Positions 17,052 through 25,443 are shown, numbered from the stretch's first letter. The stretch is DNA of 32,000 bases from Acaryochloris marina MBIC11017 (GCF_000018105.1 NC_009925.1:3300001-3332000); one strand, 5' to 3'. Translations and numbers: made by a program. The notes: generated from the sequence alone by a model not told the origin.

Positions 17052-18737
17052 ATGGCGATTCAACCTGTTCCCGACCATCGGTCTAGCGCACTCAGCCGCA
17101 TGCTTAAACGGCTAATGCGTCGGCAAGGGGTCACGGCGGATGAAGTCCCTAATCTGTCCGGCTGGACCAACTTTGTCTTAGCGGTCAATCAAACCATCCA
17201 AGAGTTCACTGCCAACCGCGAACTGTTAGAACAGTCCGTCCAGTCAACATCGCTCAAACTCAAGCAGGCCTACGAAGATCTCAAGAGTGAATCTAGTTTA
17301 CGGTTAGCCCAGGCAGACTTGCATCAGCGGGAACTAGAAAACCTAGTGCAAGAAAGAACTGCTGAGCTACAGGCCGCCCAGCTCCATCTCGAACAAATCA
17401 ATAAGCGCTTGGAATATGACGCTACCCATGATGACTTAACGGGGTTGGCAAACCGTAACCAATTAATGCGGGAGTTAAATCGATGTGTGGCTCAGCTCGG
17501 CACGGATTTAGCTGTAGGACTGTGCTTTTTCTTTATCGACTTTGATCGCTTTAAGCAAATTAACGACCGGTTTGGTCACCTTATGGGTGACAAAGTGTTG
17601 ATTCAGGTTGCCAATCGCCTGTCCACGTTGGCAGGTGATGCAACCTGCCTGGCCCGGTTGGGGGGAGACGAATTCGTGTTGCTAACGGGGCAACTGACGG
17701 TCGCTGAAGCCTACAAACTGGCCCAGCGAATCACGGCTGCCTTTGCTCAACCCCTGCGCATTCGCGAGACCGAAATTTCCATGTCGGCAAGTGTTGGCAT
17801 CGTCTTAGGGGATGCATCCTATCAATCTGCTGATGACGTCGTTCGTGATGCTGATATTGCCATGTATCGCGCTAAAGCAACGGGAAATTGCTATCAATTC
17901 TTCGATGAAAGAATGCGGACAGAGTATTTAGAAGGCTTGGAACTAGAACGAGAATTAGAAACCGCTGTGCGGGAGAAACAGTTCCGCGTCAATTTTGAAC
18001 CCATTGTTGATATCCATCAGTCCGACATCTACTCGATTGAGTCGCTAGTGCGCTGGATTCATCCCGACAAGGGCATAATCTCGCCCGGTCGCTTTATTTC
18101 CCTGGCAGAAGAATTAGGGCTCGTGATCGATATCGACCGAATTGTTTTCGAGCAAACCTGTAAACAGTTTCGTCAATGGCGGGCTAGCGGCATCACCCGT
18201 CCTCAGCAGAAGTTTAATGTCAATCTGTCCTGTGGCCAGCTGGAACGATCCGATATTATCCCCTTCCTCCTCAGCACCATTGATGTATCCGGTATTAGCC
18301 CCCACGACGTCGTACTGGAAATTACGGAGAGTTACTTGCTGGCAGACTCTGTACTGGTGATGAAGAATTTAAATGAAATGAACGAGCTGGGATTTAGCAT
18401 TTTTGTGGATGACTTTGGGACGGGATACTCATCCCTGAGTTATCTCGCCAAGTATCCCATCCACGGCATTAAGATTGATCGGAGTTTTGTCAGAGATCTG
18501 ACAGAAAGCCCAGAAAGCAAAGAGTTAATTCGCTCCATGATTGCCATGGCTGATGCATTGAATCTGCAAGTGGTGACTGAAGGGGTAGAAACCCTAGAGC
18601 AATTGCAGATTATGACGGAACTGGGCTGCCGCTATATTCAAGGCTTCTTATTTACGCGGCCGATGGATGCCATGCAGGCCGAAACGTTTTTAGTGGATCA
18701 GCCGTATCGAGAGGTAGGTGCGATCGCACCCATGTAA
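17052..18737 (+). CDS. Cyclic-di-GMP turnover protein: N-terminal coiled coil, GGDEF diguanylate-cyclase domain and EAL phosphodiesterase domain
   Basis: ORF-track ORF 17046..18737, taken from the ATG at 17052. GGDEF motifs: YDATHDDLTGLANR, RLGGDEFVLL, DADIAMYRAK. EAL-domain motifs: IESLVRW (ESL in place of EAL), NLSCGQL, EITES, DDFGTGYSSLSYL, KIDRSF, EGVET, QGFLF. It starts 10 nt after the FIST gene stop, so the two were probably one operon. Confidence 0.9.
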   Translation: MAIQPVPDHRSSALSRMLKRLMRRQGVTADEVPNLSGWTNFVLAVNQTIQEFTANRELLEQSVQSTSLKLKQAYEDLKSESSLRLAQADLHQRELENLVQERTAELQAAQLHLEQINKRLEYDATHDDLTGLANRNQLMRELNRCVAQLGTDLAVGLCFFFIDFDRFKQINDRFGHLMGDKVLIQVANRLSTLAGDATCLARLGGDEFVLLTGQLTVAEAYKLAQRITAAFAQPLRIRETEISMSASVGIVLGDASYQSADDVVRDADIAMYRAKATGNCYQFFDERMRTEYLEGLELERELETAVREKQFRVNFEPIVDIHQSDIYSIESLVRWIHPDKGIISPGRFISLAEELGLVIDIDRIVFEQTCKQFRQWRASGITRPQQKFNVNLSCGQLERSDIIPFLLSTIDVSGISPHDVVLEITESYLLADSVLVMKNLNEMNELGFSIFVDDFGTGYSSLSYLAKYPIHGIKIDRSFVRDLTESPESKELIRSMIAMADALNLQVVTEGVETLEQLQIMTELGCRYIQGFLFTRPMDAMQAETFLVDQPYREVGAIAPM

Positions 18738-18800
18738 CACGAACCTAAAGGCTTCACACAGGCCATGAGAGAGGTGTTTAAGACTTGTGCAGGCTAGGCC

Positions 18801-19196
18801 TTAAGAAGAGACTTTTTCCTCAGCAACGGCTCCTTCAATGCCGAAGACGGTCAAATTTAGGGGAACCGATTCACCTAGCCAAGATGCATGGGTCGTGTGA
18901 TCTGCTAGATCATCTCCCGTTAAGGCATGGACAAAGACCGTTAAATCGTTACGATTCTCTTCCAGCCACGGAATCAGTCGATCAAACTGGTCTTTGCTAA
19001 AGGAAAGTTGACAGCTCCATCGAGGATGTGGCCCCACCAACTTTTGGTGAACTCGGCCTACCTGAATATCAAATAGCTCGCCTGCTTGGTGGCAAATGGA
19101 CGAGGCTAACTCTACCGAGTCTGCATCGAAATAGACATGGGCATGATATTGGTCATAATCGTTAGTGGGCCGCTTGGGGAGTGGAGAAGAAGGCAT
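18801..19196 (-). CDS. DOPA 4,5-dioxygenase-family protein, 131 aa
   Basis: YHAHVYFDADS…VGPHPRWSCQLSF…LIPWLEENRNDLTVFVHALTGDDLADHTTHASWLGESVPLNL matches my recollection of the DOPA_dioxygen (PF08883) pattern. Confidence 0.7.
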   Translation of the reverse strand: MPSSPLPKRPTNDYDQYHAHVYFDADSVELASSICHQAGELFDIQVGRVHQKLVGPHPRWSCQLSFSKDQFDRLIPWLEENRNDLTVFVHALTGDDLADHTTHASWLGESVPLNLTVFGIEGAVAEEKVSS

Positions 19197-19276
19197 GGCA
19201 CTGTAGAACTTGCTAAATGGACTAGGACTCGTCAGTCTTGTGGATTGACCGTCACCATAACGGCTTGGATGGCCCC

Positions 19277-19873
19277 TTAAACCGTATTCATCAGCTCCTC
19301 ATATTCTTGCGAACTCAGTATTTTAGGAGTGGTGATGGGCAAACCAGAGCCCACTTCGAAGAAGGGCGTCTGTTGGTAACTGCCATCGATACGTGCTTTC
19401 AGGATCATCAGCAGATTACGAATAATCGCTTTGACCTGCCCAGCGGGTTTGGGTTTAGGATCTCCTTTGGCACCGGCTGTATTGACGTGGGCGCTTTCGG
19501 AGGTGCAGAGTTCATCCAGGGTGATATCAGAGGATTCCAAGCAATTATGAACCACACCAACAAAAGACATCTTATGGCTCGGTAACGTATTGCCGATGGG
19601 AGTGTTGCAGCATGTGGTATACCAACGCAATAGCCCCGATTCTGTCAGGCGCATACAGGCCAAATATTCAGCCCCTTGATCAAACGAGATATGCTTCGGC
19701 AGCATCTGAACGATTTCTGTGCCCCCCTGAGGGTCGAGAATTTCAGCACTTCTGCCCAGGAAATTCGCAAATGCCTGACAGTCCCGACAATAACAGGTCA
19801 CTCGGTTGATATTTTTAGGGTGATTAACACGCCCTTGAACACGTCCACATTGACATTGGATGGAATAAGCCAT
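19277..19873 (-). CDS. Cys-rich GFA-like / DUF6151-like protein, 198 aa
   Basis: CQCGRVQG…VTCYCRDCQAFANFLG…LACMRLTESGLLRWYTTCCNTPIGNT shows paired Cys motifs typical of the glutathione-dependent formaldehyde-activating (GFA)-like fold. The DUF number is from memory. Confidence 0.65.
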   Translation of the reverse strand: MAYSIQCQCGRVQGRVNHPKNINRVTCYCRDCQAFANFLGRSAEILDPQGGTEIVQMLPKHISFDQGAEYLACMRLTESGLLRWYTTCCNTPIGNTLPSHKMSFVGVVHNCLESSDITLDELCTSESAHVNTAGAKGDPKPKPAGQVKAIIRNLLMILKARIDGSYQQTPFFEVGSGLPITTPKILSSQEYEELMNTV

Positions 19874-19972
19874 TCTTTACTTCTCCACAGAACTGAGCAA
19901 CTGATTGAAAGATAGCTATGGCTAGGCACCGCAAACACAAAATAAGGAACTGACAAGTATTATTGGATGCAG

Positions 19973-20347
19973 CTAGACGGCCTTAGGCAGTACAGCACAA
20001 AGTTCCAGCGCATGACCATCGGGGTCTTCAAAATAAACTGACTTCGCTGGAATCCAATCATGGACGATGGGACCTTCCAAAGCAATGCCATGTTCCCGAA
20101 GCTGTTGTACCGATTGCTCTATTTCAGAGTCACGAACCGTGAACGCGAAGTGTTGTATAGGCCAGTTTCCCTGGTCCTCTTGCAACACGATCATGCCAGA
20201 AGAATCACCGGCTCGTAGAAACAGCCAGTTGCGTTGTTCATCTCGAAGACCCACTTTTAGGCCGAGGAGCTGACAGTAAAATGTCTCTGCCCTAGCAAGG
20301 TCGCGGACGCGGATCGCAACTTCGTAAACACCGCGGATGGGAATCAT
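19973..20347 (-). CDS. VOC-family (glyoxalase / bleomycin-resistance / dioxygenase fold) protein, 124 aa
   Basis: ORF-track ORF, taken from the ATG at 20347 with GGAGG 6 nt upstream. VYEVAIRVRDLARAETFYCQLLGLKV…HFAFTV…YFEDPDGHALEL is a typical VOC pattern. Confidence 0.8.
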   Translation of the reverse strand: MIPIRGVYEVAIRVRDLARAETFYCQLLGLKVGLRDEQRNWLFLRAGDSSGMIVLQEDQGNWPIQHFAFTVRDSEIEQSVQQLREHGIALEGPIVHDWIPAKSVYFEDPDGHALELCAVLPKAV

Positions 20348-20450
20348 CAACTGCCTCCCTAGGGTACTGTTTTATCTTAACAAGATCGGCTAGTAGCCCT
20401 TTGGAGCAGTAGGGGCCATCAGTGAGACAGCCCGCACTTTAAGGTCGGCT

Positions 20451-20963
20451 TCAACCCTGTTTAACGAAAGGTACCAAGTGCATCATGTAATCTCGTTTGC
20501 CAATGGGTACACCCGCCATACGCAAGATGTCGTAGGCGGTGACCAGATGGAAGTAGAAATTAGGGATGAGGAATTCGTGGATATAGTCACCTCCCGACAG
20601 CTCAAGATAGAGATTATCGCCTAAGTCAATGCGCGTGATTTCAGCTAGTTTTTCATCTGCAACGCTAATGTCTATAAGCATGCTTTGAGTATTGGCGATG
20701 TGCTCATAGGCGTGGGCAAGGGAGGTGACCTCTGGATCAAGATTGTCGGCAGGTTTACCCTCACTCCACAAGGCGAAATTTCGGGGTTGATTGCAGGTAA
20801 ACGCAATCTGTGTGCCGAAGGGCAGCATATCTGCCACTATTCGTTTTTGCAGAAAGGATTCATCACTGAAATGGGCTTGAGCAGTCTTTAAAAGATGCTC
20901 GAGAGTTGCTAACCGGCTTTGAAAGAGGGTTTGAATTGAAGCGATAGCTTGACTGGACATCAT
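20451..20963 (-). CDS. DUF1993-family protein, about 170 aa
   Basis: ORF-track ORF. AAGGAG lies just upstream of two adjacent ATGs (20963 and 20960), so the TTG start in the track is unlikely. The C-terminal FLIPNFYFHLVTAYDILRMAGVPIGKRDYM matches the DUF1993 signature as I recall it. Confidence 0.75.
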   Translation of the reverse strand: MMSSQAIASIQTLFQSRLATLEHLLKTAQAHFSDESFLQKRIVADMLPFGTQIAFTCNQPRNFALWSEGKPADNLDPEVTSLAHAYEHIANTQSMLIDISVADEKLAEITRIDLGDNLYLELSGGDYIHEFLIPNFYFHLVTAYDILRMAGVPIGKRDYMMHLVPFVKQG

Positions 20964-21160
20964 GTGCTCCTTCAAAACTGATTCTATGAAGTCTGTTGAT
21001 TTAGCCTAACGATTTGTGGAGCATTAGGGGTTAAGTTTCTGTTTTTGAAGCCACACTTCGCGCTTGGTGTGATCTGAGAATCTTTTGGATTTCGAGGATG
21101 TTAACCCAGCTCTGTGTTGCCGATAGCCCAAGTTAGTCAATTCTGTGTTTGCCACACGTT

Positions 21161-21610
21161 CTACCAAAATCCCGGTGCTTCAGGGAGGGGTTGTTGTAAG
21201 GGATCAGCCAGCTGATGGAGCGTGCCGTCTTGGCCGGAGATATATGCTGAAACGACCAGTTGATCCAAGGCAGGTGTCCAAATAACGAGATCACGCAGCT
21301 GATCTTGATCGACATCTTGCCAGGAAAGATAGCCAGGTCGGATATCGAGCCAAAGATCGTTGTTAAATCGTGAACTAAGAGATGTTTCGGTGCCATTGGT
21401 AGAAATAATCAGCTGGGCAGGTCCATTATCTCCTTTGGTGAATGAGAAGGATTTGGTCTCGATGGTGACTGGGTGCTTCCCTACTTTGAAAGTATGAATT
21501 TGGTCATACTCCAGTGGTTGCATTGAATTAGCTGCTTGTTTCGTACAGCCGAAGCCAATAACCACTATCGCTGCAATTAGCCGGGCTAAACGAAGTGTTT
21601 GATGTTCCAT
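21161..21610 (-). CDS. Putative lipoprotein, 149 aa
   Basis: N-terminus MEHQTLRLARLIAAIVVIGFGC has a lipobox-like IGFG|C. The gene starts 39 bp downstream of the aminotransferase gene on the same strand. No family recognised. Confidence 0.6.
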   Translation of the reverse strand: MEHQTLRLARLIAAIVVIGFGCTKQAANSMQPLEYDQIHTFKVGKHPVTIETKSFSFTKGDNGPAQLIISTNGTETSLSSRFNNDLWLDIRPGYLSWQDVDQDQLRDLVIWTPALDQLVVSAYISGQDGTLHQLADPLQQPLPEAPGFW

Positions 21611-21649
21611 ACAGTATGTCCACCCGGTGCGTTAGCCCACGTCAGTCCG

Positions 21650-22831
21650 TCATGCCAATGCTTGCTCAATGGCCTGGACGAGCTGGTCTAATTCAGATTC
21701 CAAAGTCAGATAATGCACACAAGCTCTGACGCAATTAGGATCTGCGATCAGACGCACCATCATCTTTTGGCTTTCGAGCTGTTGTACAAAAGGACGATGA
21801 TTGCTGAAGTCTTCAATTTGGAAAGCGACTAAACCAGACTCTGGTGCGGTAGTGCGTAAACAAGTGATTTTTGGAATCGTGCTGAGCAGCTCCCACAAAA
21901 TTCGACTGAGATGGACAATGCGTTGATAGCGATCCGTCGGCGTTCCCCACTGCTCCTGTAGTTCAATGGCAGCGGTTAACCCCGGAAACAGCGGAAAGGC
22001 AGAAGTCGCGACCTCATACCGACGACCATCTGGCTTCCACCCCGTTGGTTTACCCTGGACATCCATATCAATCCCACGCCAGCCGATAAAGGTGGGTTTC
22101 AAACGATCTAAAGAGGCTGCTCGAACATACAGCCCGCCTAACCCATCAGGGCCGCAGAACCACTTATGACCGGTAAAAGCATAGAAATCGACATCCAATT
22201 CATCCACCTTGAGGGGCAATACCCCGACGGATTGGGCGGCATCCACTAAGATTGCCACGGTCGGTACGGCTTGCCGACAGGCGGCTGCCATAGCCTTGAG
22301 AGGTAAGACCTGGCCAGTGTTCCACAGGATGTGACTCACGATAGCCAATCGTGTGTTGGGACGTAAATGCTCCACCATGACCGCAATTGGATCACCCTCG
22401 TTCAGGGTTGCCATCAAGGGGAAGTTCGAGACTTCGACACCATAGCGGTGGCTAAGCTGTTGGGCAGTGGCAATAATTCCGGGATGTTCACAGTCGGATA
22501 AAAGAATGTGATCACCCGGTTGCCAGTTAAACCCCCACATGGCGATATTGCAGCCGCTGGATACGGATTCTGTCAGGGTGATGGTGCTGGGAGAGACGTT
22601 GAGTTGGGATGCGATCGCACGTCTAGTACCTTCAACTTTCTCCGTCATCCAAGCCAATGCCCCCCCGGTAAACGGGCCAAGCTCTTGCATTTGGATATAG
22701 GCAGACTGAATGGCAGTGAAAGCAGGCTGTGGCAGGGGGCCTTGGCCACCGTAGTTGAAGTACAGCTTATTCCCTAAAGCAGGAAATTGCTGTCGATGTA
22801 CTTCTAAAGAATGCTGCTGTTCGGAGGTCAT
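21650..22831 (-). CDS. Class-V aminotransferase-fold PLP enzyme (cysteine desulfurase / epimerase-like), 393 aa
   Basis: FPALGNKLYFNYGGQGPLP…; DAAQSVGVLPLKVDELDVDFYAFTGHKWFCGPDGLGGLYV carries the PLP-lysine HK motif. The length is typical of the family. Confidence 0.85.
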   Translation of the reverse strand: MTSEQQHSLEVHRQQFPALGNKLYFNYGGQGPLPQPAFTAIQSAYIQMQELGPFTGGALAWMTEKVEGTRRAIASQLNVSPSTITLTESVSSGCNIAMWGFNWQPGDHILLSDCEHPGIIATAQQLSHRYGVEVSNFPLMATLNEGDPIAVMVEHLRPNTRLAIVSHILWNTGQVLPLKAMAAACRQAVPTVAILVDAAQSVGVLPLKVDELDVDFYAFTGHKWFCGPDGLGGLYVRAASLDRLKPTFIGWRGIDMDVQGKPTGWKPDGRRYEVATSAFPLFPGLTAAIELQEQWGTPTDRYQRIVHLSRILWELLSTIPKITCLRTTAPESGLVAFQIEDFSNHRPFVQQLESQKMMVRLIADPNCVRACVHYLTLESELDQLVQAIEQALA

Positions 22832-22937
22832 ACCTATCCTTAGGGTTCAGGTCACAAGGCCAGCATACTAGCCTTTGCTATTCTGCCTGATTTTGTCATC
22901 CTGTTAGATCGGCAAGTTCCGGGTGTGATGTGCTTGA

Positions 22938-23057
22938 TTAAAAATCTTGCTGGTTTTGATCGCTATCTGCAAACGCATCCGTCAGAATGCTATGCAAAAA
23001 CAGGCCGAAATAGATCGATTGCCAGAGCAATATCCAGACAAGTGTATAGTCTTTCAT
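22938..23057 (-). CDS. Possible small membrane peptide, 39 aa (below the ORF-track size cut-off)
   Basis: Hand translation gives MKDYTLVWILLWQSIYFGLFLHSILTDAFADSDQNQQDF*. The ATG is preceded by GGAGGaaagg, a strong Shine-Dalgarno sequence with 5-nt spacing. There is one hydrophobic helix. It lies 107 nt upstream of the aminotransferase gene on the same strand, and 74 nt downstream of the palindrome core at 23132-23151 (full feature 23131-23153). Confidence 0.35.
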   Translation of the reverse strand: MKDYTLVWILLWQSIYFGLFLHSILTDAFADSDQNQQDF

Positions 23058-23130
23058 CCTTTCCTCCAAAGTGTTTCCACGGTGTATGCTCGGGGACCCA
23101 GTAGGGAAGATCCCGATACTAGGTAACCTG

Positions 23131-23153
23131 TTGCGAATCAGACGATTCGCAAT
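23131..23153. promoter_or_regulatory. Palindrome TTGCGAATC-agac-GATTCGCAA (core TGCGAAT-N6-ATTCGCA): candidate operator or 5-prime-leader hairpin, copy 1
   Basis: Perfect 9-bp arms with a 4-nt spacer. On the minus strand it reads ATTGCGAATcgtctgATTCGCAA. It ends 74 nt upstream of the ATG at 23057. The same core, spacing and orientation recur at 29460-29481. Confidence 0.4.
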
Positions 23154-23613
23154 TGACTGATTGGGGTAAATTTGAGGGCCATGCTGCTAAGTTTGTTCAG
23201 AAACCTGTAACAACCTCAATACGCGAGTCAGCCCTATTGTTCTAGCCAGCTAAAACCTAGCAAAAGCTATCCAAGCAGCCGTTCAATATATGGGCTTTAG
23301 GCTGGATGCCAGAAGGTAGTAATTTTTGACTACCTCGAGTGCTGCAAACATCTTGATCTTACATAGATTTTAATATAGCTTCAACCGGTTTTTGATTGAT
23401 TTTTATCTATATCAAAATTAGAGGCTTGATTTTAACTTGAGCTAACTTGAGGTAGGACTCCGCATAAAATCAGCAACACTGCCGATTCAAGCTAACCATC
23501 GACACTCTGGTTGAAGATATTGCCAGAGCTGAGATGATGTGACTCGATCATGATCAATCCGCAAGCCAATAAAGAACAGGTTCTAGAAGCGGTACGGTAT
23601 CTTTTGTGCGATC

Positions 23614-24414
23614 GTGCATTCGCTCCAGCGCTATCGGAATATATCAGGGTCACCTTGGTTAGACTGCTGCAGTGGCAATGGATATCGGCGTGAACAAGCA
23701 TTGCGCGCTCTCAATGAAGGGGCACCTAATGCATTTCTATGTGCATTGGTTCTGCGGCGGTTAAATGATTGGGTTCTGCAGGTACGAGCTGCGGCTCGCG
23801 AATATATTCCGACAATGGCAGCCCATACCCAACCAGAATATCTAGTGGAAGCCCTTTGGGCACTTTTGCTGTCTGTACACACCTGGGGACGCGTACAGAC
23901 CGAAGACCTTGATGTGCTGATGAACCTGCTATCCATTGCTGATGTGCCTTCGCGGCTGGTCTCGAAGCTGATTCAATCGACGACTGGTCCGGCTGCTAGA
24001 ATTCTGGGACAAGTAGGGCGCACGCCAGTTCTCGACCCATTCTTACCAATCCTCTGTGAGCAAGCAATTCAGCCAGCAGTCCGAGCAAAAGCGTATAGAA
24101 GCCAGTTAGAAGGGTGCATGGTGTGGTTCGAGGGCCGGAAATGGGTATGGACAGATCGACGTTGGTGCCAAGGACAATACGTACCCGTGCTGGGTGAGAG
24201 GAAGATCCGTGTCTATCGCCCATTTTTGGAGTTGTTAGCTAAAGCTGCTCAGGACGACTCGCCTATTGTGCAGCGGTTTGCTGGTGATGTACTTCTTGCA
24301 AAGCTAGATGATCTTGGCGGTGATGCTTGCCCCATTGCTACACGATTGTCGACCGATGCCTATCCCTCGGTGGCAGAAAGAGGGGTATTTGCAGTGAAAC
24401 GAATTGAAGGTTGA
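23614..24414 (+). CDS. HEAT/ARM-like helical repeat protein, 266 aa; start uncertain
   Basis: ORF-track ORF with a GTG start and no obvious SD. The sequence is helical and repeat-like (…GNGYRREQALRALNEG…VLQVRAAAREYIP…IQPAVRAKAYRSQL…DSPIVQRFAGDVLL…). A 47-codon ATG ORF (23550-23693) overlaps its start in another frame, which may reflect a frameshift. Confidence 0.55.
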   Translation: MHSLQRYRNISGSPWLDCCSGNGYRREQALRALNEGAPNAFLCALVLRRLNDWVLQVRAAAREYIPTMAAHTQPEYLVEALWALLLSVHTWGRVQTEDLDVLMNLLSIADVPSRLVSKLIQSTTGPAARILGQVGRTPVLDPFLPILCEQAIQPAVRAKAYRSQLEGCMVWFEGRKWVWTDRRWCQGQYVPVLGERKIRVYRPFLELLAKAAQDDSPIVQRFAGDVLLAKLDDLGGDACPIATRLSTDAYPSVAERGVFAVKRIEG

Positions 24415-24593
24415 TGCTGAAGATGTTCCTGAATTGTGGCTGTGGACATATCAAGAACTGAAGTTATCCAATCATTGGGGACCACTTCAAACTTCTGACC
24501 AGTTCTTGTTAGAAACCGTCGTAAAAGAATGCCATTCCATGGCTCCCTACGATAGCCTGTAAGCAATGCCACTCAAATAAAGGAGATTCTTCC

Positions 24594-25328
24594 GTGATTG
24601 AGTATCGTAACAACCCCACGAGTAACGTTGTCGAACTGATTGTTGAAGGCAAAATTACCGAGACTGACTTGGATCAAGTCATTACTCAGATGAAGCTCGA
24701 TATTTCCAGGCATGGGAAGCTTAAGCTATTGGAAGAAATCCGGAGCTTTGAAGGCATAGATCCCATTGCTCTGTGGAAAGATGCGCAGTTTGGACTCAGT
24801 CATGTCAACGACTTTTCCCATGTTGCCGTCGTGGCAGAAGCAGAATGGGTACGGACCATTGCTGCAGCATCTGATAATCTCCTATCTGCCCAGGTCAAAG
24901 CCTTTGCTCCCTCCCAACTGGAAGCTGCCCGGACTTGGTTGCTGACGGTTCCTGAACCCAGCCAAGTGTCCGGTATGACCTATCGCAGCAGCAGTGAGAG
25001 CAACATCGTTGAGGTCATTATTGAGGGCACCATTACCGCTGCCGACTTTGATCGGATTGTGCCGCAAATGAAAGCGGATTTGGCTAAGCATGGCAAGGTG
25101 AAAGTGCTGGAAGAGATTCGCAGCTTTGAGGGTATGGACCCCATGGCCCTGTGGAAAGATTTGCAGCAGGCCTATATGGTCAAAGACATTACCCATGTGG
25201 CTTTGGTGGCTGATGCTCAATGGATGCGAACCGTTGCCGAAGCGGTCAGCGCGATTTTCCCGGCTGAGATCAAAGCGTTTGAGCGATCGCAAATTGAGTT
25301 AGCCCGAGTGTGGCTAGCAGCGGCATAG
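24594..25328 (+). CDS. Protein made of two tandem SpoIIAA/STAS-like (DUF3478-type) domains, 244 aa
   Basis: GTG start preceded by AAGGAG. The two ~120-aa halves are clearly homologous: …VELIVEGKITETDLDQVITQMKLDISRHGKLKLLEEIRSFEGIDPIALWKD…HVAVVAEAEWVRTIA…VKAFAPSQLEAARTWL versus …VEVIIEGTITAADFDRIVPQMKADLAKHGKVKVLEEIRSFEGMDPMALWKD…HVALVADAQWMRTVA…IKAFERSQIELARVWL. Confidence 0.8.
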   Translation: MIEYRNNPTSNVVELIVEGKITETDLDQVITQMKLDISRHGKLKLLEEIRSFEGIDPIALWKDAQFGLSHVNDFSHVAVVAEAEWVRTIAAASDNLLSAQVKAFAPSQLEAARTWLLTVPEPSQVSGMTYRSSSESNIVEVIIEGTITAADFDRIVPQMKADLAKHGKVKVLEEIRSFEGMDPMALWKDLQQAYMVKDITHVALVADAQWMRTVAEAVSAIFPAEIKAFERSQIELARVWLAAA

Positions 25329-25443
25329 CGTGTAAACCTTATCCACTTACGATTGCCTAAAATGCGAGTGCTAGGATGGCGGCGAAGAGATTCAGCTAAT
25401 ATGGGCTGGATCAATCGTTTGCTTCACTCAGAAAGATAAAACA

